Origin: Candidatus Yanofskybacteria bacterium RIFCSPHIGHO2_01_FULL_44_24
GTDB taxonomy: Bacteria; Patescibacteriota; Minisyncoccia; 2-02-FULL-40-12; GWA2-44-9
Assembly (NCBI GenBank): GCA_001794215.1
Contig: MGJK01000011.1
Location: forward strand, 3,170 to 67,169
Length of the DNA: 64,000 bases
Direction: 5' to 3'
Of this stretch, positions 57,836 to 64,000 are shown in pieces; within the stretch, counting starts at the first letter, position 1; every line of letters begins with the position of its first letter. Position numbers and translations under genes: made by a program. Below the pieces are notes generated by a model. It ran no database searches. It saw only the letters and a program-made list of their open reading frames with translations, and was not told where the DNA came from.

Positions 57836-58506
57836 ATTATTGAATCAAGATAGGCCTTTATACCCATCATAATTTCCCTCTTAACTGAACTGCTCGAAAC
57901 CTTTATCGAACAAGTGCCATGCCTAAACGATTCTTTGTATAAAAAACTAGATTTTTTTAGTTTTGAAACATAGGTCTTATAAAACTGCCCTCTTTTAAGG
58001 CATAGCTCATTTTTCCAGAATTCTTTCTCTTTTTCAAGCTCCATGTTCTCGTAGAGATGAAGCTGAGCCCTGAGCTTTGATCTCGGTAGTTTAAAAAAAT
58101 AAATTAACCATTTTATAAAAAATCTAAGGATTCTCGGGTCGGTATTGGCCAAAGACACATTATAATAATCTGTCTTAGATCCTTCAGCTAAGTACAAAGT
58201 CAGCCCGGAAATTAAAAACGATATTTTTGAAAATTTTCCAAGTCTTTTTAAATACCGCCCATATATCTTCTCATCTTTCTTCTGTCTTATTGCTCTCATG
58301 GTATTACGGAACTTTTCACGACTCGCCTCTCCTTTTGACCAAGCCGATCTTCTTAACTCCAAGATTCGCTCCTCGCTCAAAGGAAATTGCCTTAACCAAG
58401 CACTTAAAGTGCTCTTGGCAACAGGAATTTGAGCTTTAATTGACCCATAGCCCAACTGCTGTCCTATTCTCATCTGGATAGCTTTTTCTTTTAGTTCTTG
58501 ATGCAT
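57826..58506 (-). CDS. HTH plus LAGLIDADG-like protein
   Basis: IPVAKSTLSAWL HTH; GLTLYLAEGSK...NTDP..L.FF LAGLIDADG-like helix; stop inside tRNA-Ile. Confidence 0.75.
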   Translation of the reverse strand: MHQELKEKAIQMRIGQQLGYGSIKAQIPVAKSTLSAWLRQFPLSEERILELRRSAWSKGEASREKFRNTMRAIRQKKDEKIYGRYLKRLGKFSKISFLISGLTLYLAEGSKTDYYNVSLANTDPRILRFFIKWLIYFFKLPRSKLRAQLHLYENMELEKEKEFWKNELCLKRGQFYKTYVSKLKKSSFLYKESFRHGTCSIKVSSSSVKREIMMGIKAYLDSIMRM

Positions 58507-58631
58507 TTAATTCGAACCTTTGTTATTAGATTGCTCAGTAATATATCTTAACAAAGAAAAATATAGCAATCAACTATTTGCTATATCACGAGCAGTTCTT
58601 CGCACAAGAAATTAAAACTAAAAGAGGGCTA

Positions 58632-60353
58632 TTAAGCCCCCAGCAACAAAGCGGTAACTTTGTCGCTTAAATTCTCTTTATTGCCCGGACTGAACTTTAA
58701 CAGCCGGCGCAGAATAGACATCTGGGTTCTCTGGGTGTCGCCCTCCGAACACATGACCACGATTTCCCGCGTCAGCCTTTCTAATTCAAAAAGGTTGTCG
58801 TTAAAAATCAACCCCGTCAAAAGACTTTCTTTCTCCGTTCTATTTTTGGCGAATGCAGCCAAAACGCTTTCCAGAACATATATTTTAATCAGGCAATCCG
58901 CTAAACTGCTCAAAACAACCTGATGTTTTTCGAGTTCGAGTCCGAATTTTTCGTAAGCCGATCCGGCTGCCATCAAAACGGCTTTTTTGGCATTATTCAG
59001 GTAGATCTTAAGGCGTTCGACGTAATCTTCCGGCTCCGTCTGAATCGAAGGGGTCATTGATTCGTTGATTACTTTTTGAATCGCATCCTTGACCGGAAGA
59101 CTTCCGGTCATTGCTTTCTTAAACAGCATGCCCGCCAAGAGCAATCTGTTTATTTCATTGGTACCTTCGAAGATTCGGTTGATTCGAGAATCACGATAAT
59201 GCCTTTCGGGATGGCCCTCGCAGAATCCGGAACCGCCATGAACCTGAACATTCTCATCGACAACAAAATCAAGGGCTTCACTGCAGAATACTTTGACAAT
59301 AGAGCATTCTATGGCGCATTCTTCGATGGCCTTCAAAATAGCCTTGGAATCTTTCGCGTCGACACCATGGATGACTTCATCGAGCATTCCGGCAGTTCTG
59401 TAAACAACGGACTCCATCGCATAGTTCAAGGCCGCCATTTGGGCAAGCTTGTGACGGATAACTCCGAAATTGCCGATTTGCCGGCCGAACTGTTTCCGCT
59501 CTTTCGAATACTGCAAGGCCTCATCCACGCATACCCTGCCCGCTCCCAAACAAGCCGCACCCAATTTAAATCTGCCAAGGTTCAAAATATTGACCGCAAT
59601 CTTGAAGCCATTGCCCTGCTCGCCAAGCATATTCTCAACCGGTACTTTTACCGAATCGAGAATCAACGTCGCCGTAGAAGAGCCCTGAATACCCATCTTA
59701 TGCTCTTCTTCTCCAACTCTTAAGCCTTCAAAAGTTTTTTCAACGATAAAGGCCGTCGGGTCCTTGCCGTTTACTTTGGCAAAAATAATGAACAGGTCGG
59801 CAAAACCTCCGTTTGTAACGAATATTTTCTCGCCGTTCAATATAAGGCACTTTCCATCTTCGGATTTTACCGCAGTCGCCCGAATACTGTTGGCATCGGA
59901 TCCGGCCACCCCTTCCGTCAAAGAATAAGCCGCCACCCACTCCCCTGAAACAAGCTTGGGCAGATACTTTTTCTTCTGTTCTTCGGTTCCGAAAAACCTG
60001 ATCGGAAGAGTGCCAATCCCCGTATGCGCCAAAAACGTACAGGCAAAGGAACCCTGCTTGGAAACATGCTCGGCTACGATAGCGGCGACTACCGCTCCAA
60101 GATCAGTCCCCCCATACTCTTCGGGAACTTCAACTCCCAAGAAACCAACCTCGGCCAGCTCACGGATAAGCTCTCTCGAAAATCCGAAGTCCTTGGATTC
60201 AATTCTCCTAATAGCTTCATCGGTAATCAGTTTTTGATCAACCACCTCCGCTATCGTTTCCTTGATTAGCCGCTGTTCGTCGGTCAGATTATTGACCGTG
60301 AGTATATCGGGAATTTTATCGCTCGGAAGAATGAATTCTCCGCCCTTCGGCAC
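58632..60353 (-). CDS. Acyl-CoA dehydrogenase (long FadE type)
   Basis: PEEYGG, LTE..AGSDA, LNGEKIFVTNG, RKQFG, QVHGG.G, RIFEGTNEINR. Confidence 0.95.
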   Translation of the reverse strand: MPKGGEFILPSDKIPDILTVNNLTDEQRLIKETIAEVVDQKLITDEAIRRIESKDFGFSRELIRELAEVGFLGVEVPEEYGGTDLGAVVAAIVAEHVSKQGSFACTFLAHTGIGTLPIRFFGTEEQKKKYLPKLVSGEWVAAYSLTEGVAGSDANSIRATAVKSEDGKCLILNGEKIFVTNGGFADLFIIFAKVNGKDPTAFIVEKTFEGLRVGEEEHKMGIQGSSTATLILDSVKVPVENMLGEQGNGFKIAVNILNLGRFKLGAACLGAGRVCVDEALQYSKERKQFGRQIGNFGVIRHKLAQMAALNYAMESVVYRTAGMLDEVIHGVDAKDSKAILKAIEECAIECSIVKVFCSEALDFVVDENVQVHGGSGFCEGHPERHYRDSRINRIFEGTNEINRLLLAGMLFKKAMTGSLPVKDAIQKVINESMTPSIQTEPEDYVERLKIYLNNAKKAVLMAAGSAYEKFGLELEKHQVVLSSLADCLIKIYVLESVLAAFAKNRTEKESLLTGLIFNDNLFELERLTREIVVMCSEGDTQRTQMSILRRLLKFSPGNKENLSDKVTALLLGA

Positions 60354-60461
60354 TCGCCGCCTCGCCTGTTTTTAAAAGTTCAGGTACGCAGACTATCTAT
60401 GCCATAATCGATTTAAAGAGTAAATACTTGTCAAATTTGGCCTCTTGTGGTAGGATCTTAT

Positions 60462-61019
60462 ATGCCTTTAATGACCCCTGACCCAAAAATGAAGGGTGTC
60501 CATGACGCCCTGAAAAGGAAATTTAAAGGCCGGCAACTATTATTCGGCCAGGGTTTTATTGACGCAAAAGTCGTATTTGTGGCCGAAAACCCCATATCCG
60601 AAAACGGGTCCAAGGACCTGACAAGATGGACTCCTCAATCAGAAAAGCTCCTTAATCAGCTTATCCGATCAGCCGGAATCAATAAAAACAAAACTTACTT
60701 CACTACCGTATTAAAGCACTGCCCTCAGCCGAACAAAGTACCTACATCCAAAGAGATAAAATCTTACGTTCCCTTCTTAAGGGAGGAGCTTAAAACCATA
60801 GGACCGGCCATCGTGGTCACTCTGGGCAACTTAGCCCTTAATGGAATCGGCTTGCGCCAGCCATTGGCTAATATACACGGAAGGAGCTTCAATTTCGGAA
60901 GCTATGAACTGTTCCCTACCTTCCACCCGGAAACCGCATTAAAAAGCACAGAAATAAAAACGCTCTTAGAGGGCGACTTTATAAAGCTCAAGCAAATGAT
61001 AGACAGCAAGAAGACCTAA
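60462..61019 (+). CDS. Uracil-DNA glycosylase family 4-like protein (degenerate)
   Basis: VVTLGN.A, PTFHP motifs; GEAPG replaced by AENP. Confidence 0.75.
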   Translation: MPLMTPDPKMKGVHDALKRKFKGRQLLFGQGFIDAKVVFVAENPISENGSKDLTRWTPQSEKLLNQLIRSAGINKNKTYFTTVLKHCPQPNKVPTSKEIKSYVPFLREELKTIGPAIVVTLGNLALNGIGLRQPLANIHGRSFNFGSYELFPTFHPETALKSTEIKTLLEGDFIKLKQMIDSKKT

Positions 61020-61045
61020 AAAATCCACCAGACGGTGGATTTTTT
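61018..61045. terminator. Bidirectional terminator
   Basis: AAAAAATCCACC-AGAC-GGTGGATTTTTT between convergent genes. Confidence 0.7.
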
Positions 61046-62042
61046 AGGGGGTTAAAGCTTTTCTTCTAAGAACTCGCTTAGCGGCTTCTTTTATAGATCC
61101 AATCCCCATTCCGAAAGATTCTATCAGCTCTAAGTGCTCGCCCGATTCTCCGAATCTATTGGCAACTCCGATATACTCCTGCGGAACAGGGTAATTTCTT
61201 GACAGAACTTCGGCCACAGCTGAACCTAATCCCCCGTTGATTTGATGCTCCTCGACCGAGACAATAGCACCTGTTTTTTTAGCTGCCTCGATTATTGTTT
61301 TTTCATCGATAGGATCCACCGTATGAGAATTGATAACCATACACTCGATTCCTTCTTTTGATAATTCTTCTGCCGCTACCAGCACATTGTGTAAAAGAAT
61401 TCCGCAACCGACAATCGCAACATCTTTGCCCTCACGAAATACCTCTGCTTTTCCAATCTCAAAAGGGGTGTCCTTAGTTGTGAAAACAGGAGACTTTTCC
61501 CTTCCCAGCCTGATATATGTCGGCTTCCCGTTGAAAGCCGCCGCCACGGTCGCCTTTTGAGCTTCCAGGGCATCGCAAGGAACGAGCACGACCATGTTGG
61601 GCTGAACTCGCATCAGGGCGATATCCTCCAACTGCTGATGAGTTGCTCCATCCGGCCCTACCGAAATACCGGCATGAGCTCCGGCTATTTTAACCGGCAC
61701 ATTATTTAAAGCAATGGTCGTTCTGATCTGTTCATTATTTCTTCCCGGACTGAAAGCCGCATAAGAAGAAATAAAAGGGATCTTGCCGTAGTTGGCCATG
61801 CCCGAAGCGACCGTTGCCATATTCTGTTCGGCAACTCCTATTTCAACGAATCTATCCGGAAATTTTTCCTTAAACCAGTGGCTCATGGTTGATTCCGTTA
61901 AATCAGCGCAAAGCACAACAACTCTTTTGTCTTTTTCTCCGGCCTCAACCAAACCTTTTCCATAACCTTGCCGAGTAGGGGCCATCTCAACCTTGGCTTT
62001 ATCAAATAAGTTTTCGACTAAGTGAGCGTTTTTATTAAGCAT
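61044..62042 (-). CDS. Transketolase C-terminal subunit
   Basis: ADL..S, GVAEQNM, GPDGATHQ..ED, VEEH..GGLGSAVAE. Confidence 0.95.
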   Translation of the reverse strand: MLNKNAHLVENLFDKAKVEMAPTRQGYGKGLVEAGEKDKRVVVLCADLTESTMSHWFKEKFPDRFVEIGVAEQNMATVASGMANYGKIPFISSYAAFSPGRNNEQIRTTIALNNVPVKIAGAHAGISVGPDGATHQQLEDIALMRVQPNMVVLVPCDALEAQKATVAAAFNGKPTYIRLGREKSPVFTTKDTPFEIGKAEVFREGKDVAIVGCGILLHNVLVAAEELSKEGIECMVINSHTVDPIDEKTIIEAAKKTGAIVSVEEHQINGGLGSAVAEVLSRNYPVPQEYIGVANRFGESGEHLELIESFGMGIGSIKEAAKRVLRRKALTP

Positions 62043-62191
62043 AATAAGGTTAAATTTGACTCAAAATCCGAATTTCGAAATCCGAAATAAAATCCGAAAA
62101 TCTTAAATATCAAATCCTAAATAGTTTGGAATTTGAAATTTATAATTTTGATATTATTTCGAATTTCGTATTTCGTGCTTCGAATTTTCTG

Positions 62192-62485
62192 CTATTTGCA
62201 TCTTCCGCAATCTCCGCATCTGCAGGTCATTCCGTGACTGCACGTATCCGCATTGCCCGTACCAGCAGCCATGCCCTTCCAATGTCTACCGCAACAGCCG
62301 CAGGCTTTAGCGCCAAAAGCTAAGAGCGTTAAGACGACAACGGACCAGGCATACTGACTTTCTTCAAATCCGAATACCAAAAACCCTTCCCACGTACTCC
62401 AGAAAAACAAAACGCCGGCTAAGCAAGCCAAAAGATGAAGAACTTTAACCACCCAATGATGAAAACATCTACAATCTCCTGACAT
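62192..62485 (-). CDS. Two-TM protein with Cys/His-rich termini
   Basis: GGGAGG SD; CRCFHH N-terminus, CGCC and CSH..C.C.DC.RC C-terminus. Confidence 0.65.
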   Translation of the reverse strand: MSGDCRCFHHWVVKVLHLLACLAGVLFFWSTWEGFLVFGFEESQYAWSVVVLTLLAFGAKACGCCGRHWKGMAAGTGNADTCSHGMTCRCGDCGRCK

Positions 62486-62585
62486 AAAGCACCTCCCTTC
62501 CTGATTAGCTTAGGGTCAAGAGATCAAAGCTGAAAGCAAGAAAATATTCCGCTTTAGACTTTAAGCCTCATGCCGAAAGCCGGAT

Positions 62586-63272
62586 TTAATACCTGTTTAA
62601 AAACGAGAAGAGGATCCAAAATACGATACCGATGATTCCGGCTATTATCGTTGCCCTAAACCAGAGGTCAAGACTTGCCCTATCTTGGTTCGTCCCCTCT
62701 TTATTGACGACTCCGTCAACCCCTACTCTTTCTAATCTCTGCAGAATACCGCTATGATCCGTATCTCCTATAATTTTCCGGAAATACTGTTCGTTGAAAA
62801 ACTTGATAAGGTCATAACGGCTGACTATCCCCAAGAGCCTCTTTTGATCGTCGACCACCGGAATAGGATTAACTCTGTGATGCTGAGCAAACTCTTTGGC
62901 TAAATCTTCGACTTTCACGTCGGGACCGACCACTAAAGGATCGACATTCATTACCTCCCTAATCTTTATTTCTCTTAACTTCTTGAAATGGTCATCGAGG
63001 GTTTTATTATCTACCTTGCTTTGAGAAGCCTGCTTCATAATATTCAGTATCGTAGGCAGATGCATTCCCGAACCCTGAAGAATCATATCGTAACCGGTGA
63101 CGATACCGACTAATTTTCGGCTATGGTCAATCACCGGAAACCCGTCATAATTATACTTTTCAAAAAGCTCTGCGGCGTATTCTAAGCTGTCCTCGGGTTT
63201 AACCGAGATAACTCCGACCCGCATTATATCGCTAACGCGCGCGATCGCTTCCTGCTCTTGTTTGTTTTCCAT
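62586..63272 (-). CDS. CBS-domain pair protein with C-terminal TM
   Basis: VSDIM...FPVID..LVGIVT..D and IPVVD..LLGIVSRYD. Confidence 0.9.
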   Translation of the reverse strand: MENKQEQEAIARVSDIMRVGVISVKPEDSLEYAAELFEKYNYDGFPVIDHSRKLVGIVTGYDMILQGSGMHLPTILNIMKQASQSKVDNKTLDDHFKKLREIKIREVMNVDPLVVGPDVKVEDLAKEFAQHHRVNPIPVVDDQKRLLGIVSRYDLIKFFNEQYFRKIIGDTDHSGILQRLERVGVDGVVNKEGTNQDRASLDLWFRATIIAGIIGIVFWILFSFLNRY

Positions 63273-63327
63273 GGTTGTTTAGTAAGGTTTATATTATTTA
63301 TAATTATACAATAACTGCTTAATTTGA

Positions 63328-64000
63328 CTATTGATGCTCAGATCTGATTTTACCCCCCAAGGTTCTTAGTTCATCTAACATCTTCTTGGCCTGCTCCCCT
63401 TTCGGCCAAACATCATCCGGACCTTTTCCCGGAGGATTACCGTGCCAGCGATAATCAAATTCTATTTCTTTTATTCCTTTGCCCGGAATAGTGTGGGCGA
63501 TGATGACGGTTGGTTTCTCATATATAGTTTTGGCTTCTTCGGTAGCATCGACGAACTGTTCTAAATTGTGGCCATCCACCTCAAGGACGTGCCAGTTAAA
63601 AGATTCGTATTTCGCCCTCAATGACTCAAGGGGCATTATGTCTTCGGTCATCCCGTCAATCTGAATATTATTGCGGTCAATTATACCGACTAAATTATTC
63701 AGCCTATATTTCCCGGCGAACATAATTGATTCCCAGGTATTACCCGCATCGTGCTCGCCATCAGACATGATGCAATACACACGATTTTTCTTTTTATCCA
63801 TGCGCATGGCATAGGCAATTCCGGCCGCCTGGCCAAGCCCCGAACCTAAAGGCCCGGACGTGGTCTCAACGCCGGGTAATCTCTCCCTCTCCGGATGACC
63901 CTGCAAACGAGATCCGAATTTTCGTAAAGTTTTTAATTCTTCAACAGGAAAATACCCCGCCTGAGCCATTGATACATATCTGATCGGAGTAATATGTCCG
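63328..64000 (-). CDS. Transketolase N-terminal (TPP-binding) subunit, 5'-partial
   Basis: LQGHP, SGPLGSGL, SDGE...WE, DRNNIQIDG, T.PGKG. Confidence 0.95.
   Translation of the reverse strand, partial: GHITPIRYVSMAQAGYFPVEELKTLRKFGSRLQGHPERERLPGVETTSGPLGSGLGQAAGIAYAMRMDKKKNRVYCIMSDGEHDAGNTWESIMFAGKYRLNNLVGIIDRNNIQIDGMTEDIMPLESLRAKYESFNWHVLEVDGHNLEQFVDATEEAKTIYEKPTVIIAHTIPGKGIKEIEFDYRWHGNPPGKGPDDVWPKGEQAKKMLDELRTLGGKIRSEHQ

Noticed and set aside
1-64000. Alternative genetic code (TGA=Gly as in Gracilibacteria/SR1)
   Set aside because: Conserved genes are full length in code 11, and fusA and rplN end at TGA at the expected positions.

Overview
Core-genome segment of a Patescibacteria/CPR (Parcubacteria-like) bacterium using the standard bacterial code; taxon is inferred from the missing rpmD, the 23S rRNA unlinked from 16S and a split ComEC. 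Mostly on the minus strand it carries the 5' end of a stand-alone 23S rRNA, map-adk-secY, the spc/S10/str ribosomal-protein superoperon with tuf and fusA, ndk, two comEC halves, class II RNR, ftsZ/ftsA, ybeY, rpsU, hisS, lepB, pth, a membrane PPase, rmuC, murD, acyl-CoA dehydrogenase and a split transketolase. RNA genes are tRNA-Pro(GGG), tRNA-Ala(TGC), tRNA-Ile(GAT) and a probable 6S RNA. The most striking non-coding signals: (1) a 2.6-kb serine-recombinase element at the tRNA-Ala 3' end that carries a perfect inverted 190-bp internal copy of its own attP, giving a dumbbell-shaped circle, with the crossover swapping the recombinase C-terminus; (2) this element is nested inside a TCCCGAT..GGATCC..ATCGGGA palindromic element that splits an older tRNA-Ala at the anticodon and carries an intact replacement tRNA-Ala, and a 68-bp member of the same family sits in a synonymously recoded duplicate of the rpsL 3' end; (3) about 25 intergenic hairpins with 7- or 9-nt periodic arms fill most stop-to-start gaps of the ribosomal operons.
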